Part shown: positions 1 through 8,298 of the stretch, piece after piece
Layout of the letters: each line of letters starts with the position of its first letter
How positions within the stretch are numbered: the first letter of the stretch is position 1
Assembly: GCA_045598085.1 (NCBI GenBank)
Contig: JAZLLI010000037.1
Span: 7,609-71,608, forward strand
DNA length: 64,000 nucleotides
From: Acutalibacteraceae bacterium
Lineage (GTDB): Bacteria > Bacillota > Clostridia > Oscillospirales > Acutalibacteraceae
Direction of reading: 5' to 3'
Made by a program: the position numbers and the translations under genes
The notes under the pieces: model-generated
Seen by the model: the letters and a program-made list of their open reading frames with translations, nothing else
What the model was told of the DNA's origin: nothing
Databases searched by the model: none

Positions 1-544
1 CGCCTGGGGTGTCAAGAAGCTCAATGCCGTTGCCAATATTGAACCACTGATTGTGTCTTGTTACACCAGGTTTATCTGCAACCTGTGCACGGTTTTTGCC
101 TGCCATTTTGTTGATAAACGATGACTTGCCCGTGTTGGGGATGCCAACAACCATCACTCTCAAAGCTTTGCCTGCCATGCCTTTTTCTGTGTTGGCACGG
201 ATTTTTTCTTTAAGCACCTCTTTAACAAGGGGGCGGTAAGCGTTAAGACCCTTGCCAGACCTGCAATCAACAGGGATAGCAAAAGAGCCGTTATCTGCAA
301 AATATTTAATCCATTTAGCTGTTGCGGCTTCATCTGCCACATCGCATTTATTAAGCAGAATAATTCTCGGCTTGCCTGCGGTTATCTGCTCAATTTCAGG
401 GTTTCTGCTGCTGAGGGGGATTCTTGCGTCAAGCAACTCTGTAACGGCATCAACCATTGAAAGGCTCTCTTTAATAAGCCTTCTTGTTTTTGCCATATGC
501 CCCGGAAACCACTGAACGGTCTGTTTCTGAAAATCTGTACCCAT
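1..544 (-). CDS. rbgA: Ribosome biogenesis GTPase A (RbgA/YlqF), N-terminal part; gene runs off the left edge
   Basis: Absent from the ORF track because there is no stop in the window. Minus-strand ATG at 544-542 gives MGTDFQKQTVQWFPGHMAKTRR. Circularly permuted GTPase motif order: NKCD (G4), then GIPNTGKSS (G1), then DTPG (G3). AAAGGA sits 8 nt upstream. Synteny rplS-lepB-rbgA. Confidence 0.85.
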   Translation of the reverse strand, partial: MGTDFQKQTVQWFPGHMAKTRRLIKESLSMVDAVTELLDARIPLSSRNPEIEQITAGKPRIILLNKCDVADEAATAKWIKYFADNGSFAIPVDCRSGKGLNAYRPLVKEVLKEKIRANTEKGMAGKALRVMVVGIPNTGKSSFINKMAGKNRAQVADKPGVTRHNQWFNIGNGIELLDTPG

Positions 545-555
545 ATCTATAATCC

Positions 556-583
556 TTTAAATAAAGGGAGCAAAAAGCTCCCT
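556..583 (-). terminator. Weak or partial intrinsic terminator after lepB
   Basis: Hairpin AGGGAGC-5nt-GCTCCCT (565-583), followed on the minus strand by TTTATTTAAA. It lies between the lepB stop (594) and the rbgA RBS. Confidence 0.3.
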
Positions 584-593
584 TGAAATTTGT

Positions 594-1184
594 TTATTTA
601 AAAATTTTGAAGCTGTCTGTGGGGAAAACTCTTGCAAGAGCCTTGCCGATAATATATCTTTCGTCAAGAAGTCCGATAGCATCTGAACGGCTGTCTGTTG
701 AATGCTCACGGTTATCTCCCATAACAAAAAGCATACCCTCGGGCACTGTAACCTCGCCAGAGAAGCCTAAAGAATCTGTAGTGTTGCCAGCTATATAATC
801 CTCATGAAGAAGAACGCCGTCAACATAAACCTCGCCTGTTACAAAGTCAATCTTCACTGTCTGCCCACCTGTTGCAATAACTCTTTTTACAATAGGTTCG
901 TTAAACATATTGGGCTGAGTGCTGATAACAATATCGCCATATTCATAATGCTGCTTTGCGGCAGAAACAATAAGCCAGTCGTTATTATAAAGTGTTGGCT
1001 GCATTGATTCACCAACAACGCCCACAAAACGGAAAATGAATGTGAAAAGAAGCATAATCGCAATAACAGCGGAGCAGATAACGCCCACTGCATCATAGCC
1101 AAAAGGCAGACTTTTTTCTGACTTCTTTTTATTTTCCTTTTTTTCTTCAGTTGATTCTATTTTGATTTCTTCTAATTCGCTCAT
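594..1184 (-). CDS. lepB: Signal peptidase I (copy 2)
   Basis: The track ORF 594-1202 starts at a TTG without an RBS; the ATG at 1184 has GAAGG upstream. One TM segment, then Ser box GESMQPT, Lys box VKRVIATGG, and GDNREHSTDSR. Confidence 0.85.
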   Translation of the reverse strand: MSELEEIKIESTEEKKENKKKSEKSLPFGYDAVGVICSAVIAIMLLFTFIFRFVGVVGESMQPTLYNNDWLIVSAAKQHYEYGDIVISTQPNMFNEPIVKRVIATGGQTVKIDFVTGEVYVDGVLLHEDYIAGNTTDSLGFSGEVTVPEGMLFVMGDNREHSTDSRSDAIGLLDERYIIGKALARVFPTDSFKIFK

Positions 1185-1198
1185 AGCAAAACCTTCAA

Positions 1199-1819
1199 TC
1201 AATTATATAAATCTGATGTGTCAAACTTACAGATGTTGTTAAACGGCAACACTCTGAAAACAGCCTTGCCTAATATGTATCTTTCGTCAATAGGTCCTAT
1301 TCTTGATGAACGGCTGTCAAGAGAATCGTTTCTGTTATCGCCCATGGCGAAAACGCATCCCTCGGGAACATGATAAGGGAACTCAACATCATAATGAAGA
1401 GCTGTAGGCTCGTTTATGTAGTCCTCCTCAATCAGCTCGCCGTTTACACGAACCTCGTGAGTTTCAAAATCAATATCAATCGTTTCGCCGCCAGTGGCAA
1501 TAACTCTTTTAACAAGAGGCTCATGCACATCATTTGGCTGTGTGATGATGATAATATCACCACGCTCATATGATTTTGAGGATGAAACAAGAAGCCAGTC
1601 CCCGTCTGCAAGGGTAGGCACCATAGAGCGACCCACAACATTGACCGCTCTGAAAAGGAAGGTGAAGCACAGCAGAATTATAACAAGAGCCATAACAACC
1701 GAGCCTGCGGCATCAAATGTCTGGAACCAATACTTGCGCTTGGTTTCAGCCTGCTTCTGCGTCAGACCACCTGGGTAATATTTAATTACATTGCTTTCGG
1801 ATTTTCTGAAATTATACAA
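1199..1819 (-). CDS. lepB: Signal peptidase I (copy 1)
   Basis: TTG start with GGAGG 8 nt upstream. TM segment, GRSMVPT, VKRVIATGG, GDNRNDSLDSR. Clearly paralogous to the downstream copy. Confidence 0.85.
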   Translation of the reverse strand: MYNFRKSESNVIKYYPGGLTQKQAETKRKYWFQTFDAAGSVVMALVIILLCFTFLFRAVNVVGRSMVPTLADGDWLLVSSSKSYERGDIIIITQPNDVHEPLVKRVIATGGETIDIDFETHEVRVNGELIEEDYINEPTALHYDVEFPYHVPEGCVFAMGDNRNDSLDSRSSRIGPIDERYILGKAVFRVLPFNNICKFDTSDLYN

Positions 1820-1844
1820 AACAGATTCCTCCGTTTAACTTTTA

Positions 1845-1905
1845 TGAAAAAAGGGTATGCAGATTTACGCTCCGCATACCCCCACCGGTACGACTTCGGC
1901 GTACC
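1845..1905 (-). terminator. Tandem hairpins / intrinsic terminator after rplS
   Basis: Minus strand: GGTACG-7nt-CGTACC (1887-1905), then GGGTATGC-13nt-GCATACCC (1853-1881), followed by a run of T. Confidence 0.6.
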
Positions 1906-1919
1906 TTACGCTCTTTTGA

Positions 1920-2267
1920 TTAGTTGATCTTCTGCTTAACCTTAGCAGCCTTACCAACTCTGTCACGCAGATAGTAGAGCTTACTTCTGCGAACCTTACC
2001 GCTTCTGATGAGTTCAACTGACTCAACGTTAGGTGAATGAACAGGGAATACTCTTTCAACACCTACGCCATAAGAAACACGGCGAACGGTAAATGTTTCG
2101 GAAACACCTGCACCTTTGCGGGCGATAACGATGCCTTCAAATGCCTGAAGTCTTTCTCTCTCGCCTTCACGAATCTTAACCTGTACCTTAACGGTGTTAC
2201 CTACTTTGATTGCCTCAGATACATTCTCTTTAAGAGAATCCTGAGAAATGAGTTTAAGTGCGTCCAT
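1920..2267 (-). CDS. rplS: 50S ribosomal protein L19
   Basis: 115 aa, [23 protein letters not shown]...[18 protein letters not shown]. Confidence 0.95.
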   Translation of the reverse strand: MDALKLISQDSLKENVSEAIKVGNTVKVQVKIREGERERLQAFEGIVIARKGAGVSETFTVRRVSYGVGVERVFPVHSPNVESVELIRSGKVRRSKLYYLRDRVGKAAKVKQKIN

Positions 2268-2378
2268 TTTATAGACCTCCCGAAAATTTCAGGCGTTCAT
2301 ACCGAATACACGGCAGAGGACCGACCGCTTTAATGTTGGGCATTAAATCCCCACTTGAAGCCAAGCGGATACAAATGC
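2268..2378 (-). promoter_or_regulatory. Structured 5' leader of rplS (candidate L19 autoregulatory leader)
   Basis: About 110 nt between the predicted promoter and the ATG. Nested inverted repeats: CCGCTT...AAGCGG around TAATG-cccaa-CATTA. Confidence 0.3.
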
Positions 2379-2384
2379 TGAATA

Positions 2385-2413
2385 ATTATATCATAACAAT
2401 ATTGATAATGCAA
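2385..2413 (-). promoter_or_regulatory. SigA-type promoter of rplS
   Basis: Minus strand: TTGCAT (2413-2408), 17-nt spacer, TATAAT (2390-2385). Confidence 0.6.
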
Positions 2414-2420
2414 GTGTTTT

Positions 2421-2450
2421 TTGAAAATATTCAGGCAAATTTCACCTGAA
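2421..2450 (-). terminator. Weak terminator overlapping the DUF2344 stop codon
   Basis: Minus strand: TTCAGG-9nt-CCTGAA followed by TATTTTC. The 5' arm lies inside the last codons of the CDS. Confidence 0.3.
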
Positions 2451-3119
2451 ACTGATGCCGTTTTCAATAATAAGGTCTTTTCTTTCAATATACTGCAAAT
2501 CGGGGCAGATGCCTGTTTCTTTAGAAAGCGTTTCAACAAGAAGTGCAGGGTTAAGGTTGACTGTGTTACCAGCCGCAACAGTGAGATTCATCACAACTTC
2601 GCTACCGTCAAAAGCTACTTCTTTTTCAAAAATCTGCTCAATGAGATTTACCTGCTTCATGACCTTGCGTCTGCCTTTTTTGCCCTTTTTCTCTGCAAGA
2701 AGCTCACCGCCATCTAAAAGCGCCGTTGACTTTTCGCAGAAAGCTTTTGCCTCATCATCTGAATTAAAGATGAGCTTCACCTGATATTTTGCACCGCAGA
2801 TTTCGTTAATGTCATAAACAGGGGCGGTAACAGATTTTATCTCTGCACCCTCGGGCATAACAGCAGAGAATTTTTCTTTTATCTCTTCATCTGTCATGGT
2901 GTCAGATTCAATTCTTATATCCATATATTCGCATTCACTGCTCTGACCCAGTGAAAGGGGCAATGCAAATGCAATATAGGGGTGAGGGTTGAATCCCTCA
3001 GTGTACCACATAGGAAGCTCCGCACGGCGGACGGCTCTTGCCATCATTCTGTTCACATCGAGGTGTGAAACATAAATCATTCTGCCCGTTTTAGTGAAAC
3101 GGATTCTAACACATCGCAT
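2442..3119 (-). CDS. Radical-SAM-linked protein, DUF2344 / TIGR03936-like
   Basis: The track ORF extends to 3191. The ATG at 3119 (MRCVRIRFTKTGRMIYVSHLD) is the conserved-looking N-terminus and overlaps the upstream stop by 14 nt. Confidence 0.7.
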   Translation of the reverse strand: MRCVRIRFTKTGRMIYVSHLDVNRMMARAVRRAELPMWYTEGFNPHPYIAFALPLSLGQSSECEYMDIRIESDTMTDEEIKEKFSAVMPEGAEIKSVTAPVYDINEICGAKYQVKLIFNSDDEAKAFCEKSTALLDGGELLAEKKGKKGRRKVMKQVNLIEQIFEKEVAFDGSEVVMNLTVAAGNTVNLNPALLVETLSKETGICPDLQYIERKDLIIENGISFR

Positions 3120-4950
3120 GGCATTTACCTCCGTTGAGCTTATTTGCTCCGCAGCCTGCACATTTCTGACGGCAGTTCTGCGTTGTTTCACTTTTATGAG
3201 CTTTTTCGTTCTCTTTCATAAGGAACTTTTTGCTTACGCCGTAATCAAGATGATCCCACGGAAGAACCTCTGAGAAATCACGCTTTCTGTTAGCATAGAA
3301 TGACGGCTCAATACCACATTCTTTAAATGCTTCCATCCACAAATCAAAGTGGAACTGGTCATCCCAACCGTCAAAACGGCAACCCTTTTTCCATGCAGCC
3401 TCCATAACCTTTGAAAGTCGTCTGTCGCCCCTTGCGAATACACCCTCAAGGAAGCTGGTGGGGGTTAAATGTGTGCTGATATTTATTTTCTTTGTTCTGA
3501 CGCTTGCCATGAGGTGCTGCTGCTTTTCGCTTAACTGCTCCATTGTATCCTGCGCTTCCCACTGGAAAGGAGTGAACGGCTTCGGCACAAAGGATGATGC
3601 GCTGATATTTACAGTTACGCCTTTGCCCTTTGGCTTATCGGGGTTATTATAAAACTCATTAACAACCTTCTGACCAAGCTCGGCAATGCCTGCAACATCA
3701 TCAAGGGTTTCAGTGGGCAGACCAATCATAAAATAAAGCTTAACGCCTGTCCATCCGCCCGCAAATGCCTTGCGTACAGTTTCCATAACCTCGTCTTCGG
3801 TTACATTTTTGTTTATTGCATCTCTCAATCTCTGTGTGCCAGCTTCTGGTGCAAAGGTCAGACCGCTTCTGCGAACAGCAGTGAGCTTCTGCATAAGCTC
3901 CTCAGAGAAATTATCAACTCTCAATGATGGCAGTGCAACGTTGATTTTTTTATCAACTGTCCAGCTGAGCATTTTATCAAGAAGCGGTTCAATTTCTGTA
4001 TAATCGCTTGTGCTCAAAGAACAGAGAGAAATTTCATCATAGCCCGTTGTTTTGCAAAGGCTCTTGCTCTGCTCGTTTACAACATCGGCACTTTTTTCTC
4101 TTATAGGTCTGTAGATAAATCCTGCCTGACAGAATCGGCAGCCACGGATACATCCTCTGAAAATTTCTGATGTTACTCTATCGTGAACAATCTCAATTGA
4201 CGGAACGATAAAACTTTCGGGGTAATGAACAGCGTCAAGGTCGCTGATAACTCTTTTAACCGCCTTTTCGGGTGCGGTGTATTTGGGAGTTACGCTCTTG
4301 ACGGTGTTATCTTCGTTATATTCAACATCATAAAAAGAGGGAACATAAAAACCCTGAAGCTTTGCAACATCACAGAGAAATTCGTGCTTCGTTGAGCCTT
4401 TCTTTTTATGGAGCTTTAATAAATCAAGAAGCTCGTTTGTTGTTTCTTCGCCCTCGCCAAGCATAATAACGTCCATAAAATCTGCAATCGGCTCGCTGTT
4501 GCAAACGCAAGGACCGCCTGCCACAACAAGAGGGGTGAGGGATTCTCTATCCTTTGAATAAAGGGGGATGCCTGCTAAATCAAGCATATTGATAACATTG
4601 GAATAGCTTAATTCATATTGAAGAGTAAAGCCGACCATATCAAAATCCTTAACAGGGTCGCCGCTTTCAAGGGCATAAAGAGGGATGTTCTTCTCTCTCA
4701 TCAGCTCTTCCATATCAACCCACGGGGCAAAAACTCTTTCGCACCATGCGTCATCACGCTTATTCACAACAGAATAAAGAATTTTCATGCCCAGATGGGA
4801 CATTCCTATTTCGTATGTATCGGGAAAGCAAAAGGCATATCTTAAATCGACTTTGCTTTTGTCTTTCATTACGCTGTTAAGCTCACCGCCAACATATCTG
4901 CCCGGCTTCTGAACTTTCAGCAATATTTTTTCTACTTCTGTGGGTATCAT
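3106..4950 (-). CDS. B12-binding-domain radical SAM protein (TIGR03960-like, function unknown)
   Basis: 614 aa. CxxxCxxC in FRGCIRGCRFCQAG. N-terminal B12-like domain. C-terminal Cys cluster CRQKCAGCGANKLNGGKCHAMC. Confidence 0.75.
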   Translation of the reverse strand: MIPTEVEKILLKVQKPGRYVGGELNSVMKDKSKVDLRYAFCFPDTYEIGMSHLGMKILYSVVNKRDDAWCERVFAPWVDMEELMREKNIPLYALESGDPVKDFDMVGFTLQYELSYSNVINMLDLAGIPLYSKDRESLTPLVVAGGPCVCNSEPIADFMDVIMLGEGEETTNELLDLLKLHKKKGSTKHEFLCDVAKLQGFYVPSFYDVEYNEDNTVKSVTPKYTAPEKAVKRVISDLDAVHYPESFIVPSIEIVHDRVTSEIFRGCIRGCRFCQAGFIYRPIREKSADVVNEQSKSLCKTTGYDEISLCSLSTSDYTEIEPLLDKMLSWTVDKKINVALPSLRVDNFSEELMQKLTAVRRSGLTFAPEAGTQRLRDAINKNVTEDEVMETVRKAFAGGWTGVKLYFMIGLPTETLDDVAGIAELGQKVVNEFYNNPDKPKGKGVTVNISASSFVPKPFTPFQWEAQDTMEQLSEKQQHLMASVRTKKINISTHLTPTSFLEGVFARGDRRLSKVMEAAWKKGCRFDGWDDQFHFDLWMEAFKECGIEPSFYANRKRDFSEVLPWDHLDYGVSKKFLMKENEKAHKSETTQNCRQKCAGCGANKLNGGKCHAMC

Positions 4951-4961
4951 ATTTTTCTCCG

Positions 4962-7349
4962 TTATTTTAAAGTTACTATGCTTACACCGTCTTCGCCCTC
5001 ACCAAAGGTGCCAAGACGCTGAGTTTTAACATAAGGGCTTTTTTTAAGGTATTCCTTAACGGCGGCTCGAAGCCTGCCTGTGCCTTTGCCGTGGATTATT
5101 GTAAATTCGTTTAATCCTGAACGCAAAGCGGAATCCATAAATCTGTCAAGAGTTAAAAGGCATTCGTCAACTGTCATTCCTCTTAAATCAAGGCGTGTTT
5201 CAGCAGATATTGTTGCTCTTGAATCCATCTTACTGCCGTTGCGGTATTTTGGAACCTCCTGCTTCTTTTTCTTTTCAACAAGGCGGAGGTTTTCGATTTT
5301 AACTCTTGTTTTAATAGAGCCCATCTGAACCTCAACAAGTCCCTGTTTATTTGGAAGAGCGCATACTCTTGCTTCGCCGCCAATATCTGCAAGTAAAACA
5401 TTATCGCCCACCTGCAAGGGACGGGGCAGAACATAATCTTCATCATCGGCATATTCATTAACAGGGTCTGCCGCCGCATCAATTGCAGAAACGCCACGCT
5501 TGATAGCCGCCCTTGCACGGCGAGCCATCTCTGCCGCATCCTTTTGTTTTGCCTGCTCTTTTTTGAGCCTTTCAAGCTCGTCAAGCATTGCATAGGCTTC
5601 ACGCTTTGCCTGCTCTGTTATTTTAAGGGCATTGGATTTTGCTTTTTCCATTTCTTTATCACGAAGAGTTTTTATCTCCTCTTTCATTGCCCTTGCTTTT
5701 TCAATCTCTGCCTGAGCTTCAAGCTTAAGCTTTTCAGCTTCCTTGCGCTCACTTTCCATTTCTTTTCGGCTCTCTTCAAGTCGCTCAACAACATCCTCAA
5801 ACATATTGTCTTCTTTAGAAACAAGCCTGCCTGCGTTCTCAACAATCTGCGGTGAAAGACCAAGACGCTGTGAAATTGCAAAAGCGTTTGACCTGCCGGG
5901 TACACCGATAAGGAGCTTATAAGTAGGCTTGAGCGTTGTAACATCAAACTCACAACTGCCGTTGATAACGCCCTCTGTCTGCAAAGCGTACGCTTTAAGC
6001 TCTGCATAATGGGTTGTTGCGGCGATTTTTGCACCCTGCCTGCGAAGCTGTTCAAGAATAGAAATTGCAAGTGCCGCACCCTCAATTGGGTCTGTGCCTG
6101 CCCCAAGCTCGTCTATAAGCACAAGGCTTTTGCTGTCTGCAACAGAAAGTATGTCAATTATATTTTTAATATGTGATGAAAATGTTGAAAGGGACTGCTC
6201 AATGCTCTGCTCATCGCCAATGTCTGCAAGCACATGGTCAAAAACAGAAATTCGGCTCTGGTCATTTACAGGGAGCATCAGACCGCACATTGCCATAAGT
6301 GAAAGAAGTCCCACAGTTTTAATAGATACAGTTTTACCGCCTGTGTTTGGTCCTGTAATAACAAGGGTGTCAAATTCACCGCCAAGTTTAATATCAACCG
6401 CCACAACCTTTTTGGGGTCAATAAGCGGATGCCTTGCCCTGCGCAGGTCGATTATGCCCTCATTATTAAGAATAGGCGGTGTGGCTTTCATTGCGTAGGC
6501 AAGCTGTGCCTTACCAAAAATGAGATTTAATTCAACAGCACATTCATAGCTGTCTTTAATGCTTTTTGCAAAGGAGCCTGCTGTTGCAGAAAGCTCTGCC
6601 ACAATGCGCTCAATTTCGTCAGCCTCCTGATTTTTAAGGAGCTTGATTTTGTTGTTTGCTTCAACAACGCCCATAGGCTCAACAAAAACAGTTGCACCGC
6701 TGGAGGAAGTGTCATGCACAAGACCTGCGATTTCGCCACGGTGCTCTGCCTTAACAGGCACAACAAATCTGCCGTTGCGCATAGTTATAATGTTATCCTG
6801 CAAATATTTTGAAATATTGGGATTTCTTGTGATTTTGCTCAACTGCTCTCTTACATGAGATTCCTGTGAGCGAATTTTTCTTCTTATATCGCCGAGGGTT
6901 TTGGATGCAGTATCTGCCATCTCTTCCTCTGAAATAATTGCGTTTTTTATAGAATCCTCAAGAAATCTGTTTGGCTGAAGCGCATTAAAAAGAGAATCAA
7001 GGCAGGTTGCCACACCAGAGCAGGTGCTTCGCCACTGAACGATTGTTCTGATAACATGAAGCACACCTGCAATATCAAGCAACTCTCTGAAAGTTAAAAG
7101 ACTGCCTGCGTCTGCTCTGAAAAGTGCATTATTCACATTTACAAGTCCGCCGAAAGCAGGTCCGCCAAATCGGGCAAGGAGCATATGGGCATCTTTAGTC
7201 TGGTCAAGCATTGCCTGCACTAAAGGCAGGGATGATTCAGGCTTTAATTCCCGTGCCATAATGCGTGCATCCTCACAGGAAACATGGGAAGCAAGCATTG
7301 AAAGAACCTTATCAAGTTCCAGCGATAAATAATGTTTGTTTTCCGTCAT
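4962..7349 (-). CDS. mutS2: Endonuclease MutS2
   Basis: Walker A GPNTGGKT, K/E-rich coiled coil, C-terminal Smr domain (LDLRGMTVDE...IIHGKGTGRLR). ATG at 7349 has an RBS; the track start at 7388 overlaps recO. Confidence 0.9.
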   Translation of the reverse strand: MTENKHYLSLELDKVLSMLASHVSCEDARIMARELKPESSLPLVQAMLDQTKDAHMLLARFGGPAFGGLVNVNNALFRADAGSLLTFRELLDIAGVLHVIRTIVQWRSTCSGVATCLDSLFNALQPNRFLEDSIKNAIISEEEMADTASKTLGDIRRKIRSQESHVREQLSKITRNPNISKYLQDNIITMRNGRFVVPVKAEHRGEIAGLVHDTSSSGATVFVEPMGVVEANNKIKLLKNQEADEIERIVAELSATAGSFAKSIKDSYECAVELNLIFGKAQLAYAMKATPPILNNEGIIDLRRARHPLIDPKKVVAVDIKLGGEFDTLVITGPNTGGKTVSIKTVGLLSLMAMCGLMLPVNDQSRISVFDHVLADIGDEQSIEQSLSTFSSHIKNIIDILSVADSKSLVLIDELGAGTDPIEGAALAISILEQLRRQGAKIAATTHYAELKAYALQTEGVINGSCEFDVTTLKPTYKLLIGVPGRSNAFAISQRLGLSPQIVENAGRLVSKEDNMFEDVVERLEESRKEMESERKEAEKLKLEAQAEIEKARAMKEEIKTLRDKEMEKAKSNALKITEQAKREAYAMLDELERLKKEQAKQKDAAEMARRARAAIKRGVSAIDAAADPVNEYADDEDYVLPRPLQVGDNVLLADIGGEARVCALPNKQGLVEVQMGSIKTRVKIENLRLVEKKKKQEVPKYRNGSKMDSRATISAETRLDLRGMTVDECLLTLDRFMDSALRSGLNEFTIIHGKGTGRLRAAVKEYLKKSPYVKTQRLGTFGEGEDGVSIVTLK

Positions 7350-7362
7350 AGTTAATATTCCT

Positions 7363-8100
7363 TTATGTAATACTCTTGTAAAAATCAAGAGTTTTATATT
7401 TTCTGTTTGTCTGCGCTAAAAGATATTTTTCGCATACATCCGAAAGCACAGCGAAATTGTCTTCATTAAGAGTGAATGAAAACAGCTTCTCTTTCTCTGA
7501 ATAGCAGATAAATCTCATTGCAGAAACAACACCCGCAGGTATTTCCTCACAAGGCACATCTGCCGTGCAGGAGCTACAGTAAAGATGCCCGTCATAAACG
7601 CAGAAATACATAAGGTCATCCTCATATTTTCCACATTCTGTGCAGGCAACAAGGTCTGGCATATAGCCTGCAAGGCAAAGAGTTCTCAGCTCCATAATTG
7701 ATTTAAGCTGTAAAGGATTTCGCTTATTTTTTGAAAGAAAATGCAGACTGTTTAAAGTGAGCTTTAAAAATTCCTCTGCATCACTTTCCTGCGGAGCCAA
7801 TTCATACTGAAGCTCGCAAAAATACTGTGCAAGTGCAAGCCTGCCAATATCATTTCTTAAATCAAAGAAAATTTCTATAGGCTGGATTTCATCAATAACA
7901 TATGCGTCCTTGCCACGGTAGATTGACATTTTTGAATATGAAAAAAGCTGACTTCCGCACTGGGAACGGCTTTTGATTTTTTGCGCTCCTCTGACGAATG
8001 CACGAATCACACCGTAGTCTTTAGTCAGAACAGTAACAAGCCTGTCATCACTGCTTGTTTTGTGCTCCTTTATTATCAATCCTTCCGTGTTCATCCGCAT
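7363..8100 (-). CDS. recO: DNA repair protein RecO
   Basis: 245 aa. OB-fold N-terminus and zinc motif CTECGK...YCSSC. era-yqzL-recO synteny. Confidence 0.85.
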   Translation of the reverse strand: MRMNTEGLIIKEHKTSSDDRLVTVLTKDYGVIRAFVRGAQKIKSRSQCGSQLFSYSKMSIYRGKDAYVIDEIQPIEIFFDLRNDIGRLALAQYFCELQYELAPQESDAEEFLKLTLNSLHFLSKNKRNPLQLKSIMELRTLCLAGYMPDLVACTECGKYEDDLMYFCVYDGHLYCSSCTADVPCEEIPAGVVSAMRFICYSEKEKLFSFTLNEDNFAVLSDVCEKYLLAQTNRKYKTLDFYKSIT

Positions 8101-8200
8101 TCTTCAAATTCTCCCGCACTGTATGCTTATATTGTAAATAGTCATTTATTTTGCCGCTTTTTGCAAATTTATCCCATGCGGCAAGGTTATTAACCTCCAT
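8048..8200 (-). CDS. yqzL: YqzL-family small protein (50 aa)
   Basis: Below the track's apparent size cutoff (no ORF under 60 aa is listed). ATG 8200, TGA 8048: MEVNNLAAWDKFAKSGKINDYLQYKHTVRENLKNADEHGRIDNKGAQNKQ. AGAGGTG RBS. It sits at the era-recO position typical of yqzL. Confidence 0.65.
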   Translation of the reverse strand: MEVNNLAAWDKFAKSGKINDYLQYKHTVRENLKNADEHGRIDNKGAQNKQ

Positions 8201-8298
8201 AAAAACACCTCTGCAATTTTGTTAAAAATATTATTTGCATAAAAGTGTTTTTATTTCAAAAAGTTTATCCAAAAATAAAAGCAAAATTTTGTGTAATT

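Noticed and set aside
5183-6106. Three 100-140 aa ORFs (both strands) inside mutS2.
   Set aside because: They are alternative-frame or antisense readings of the K/E-rich coiled-coil region and are fully contained in a well-supported CDS.
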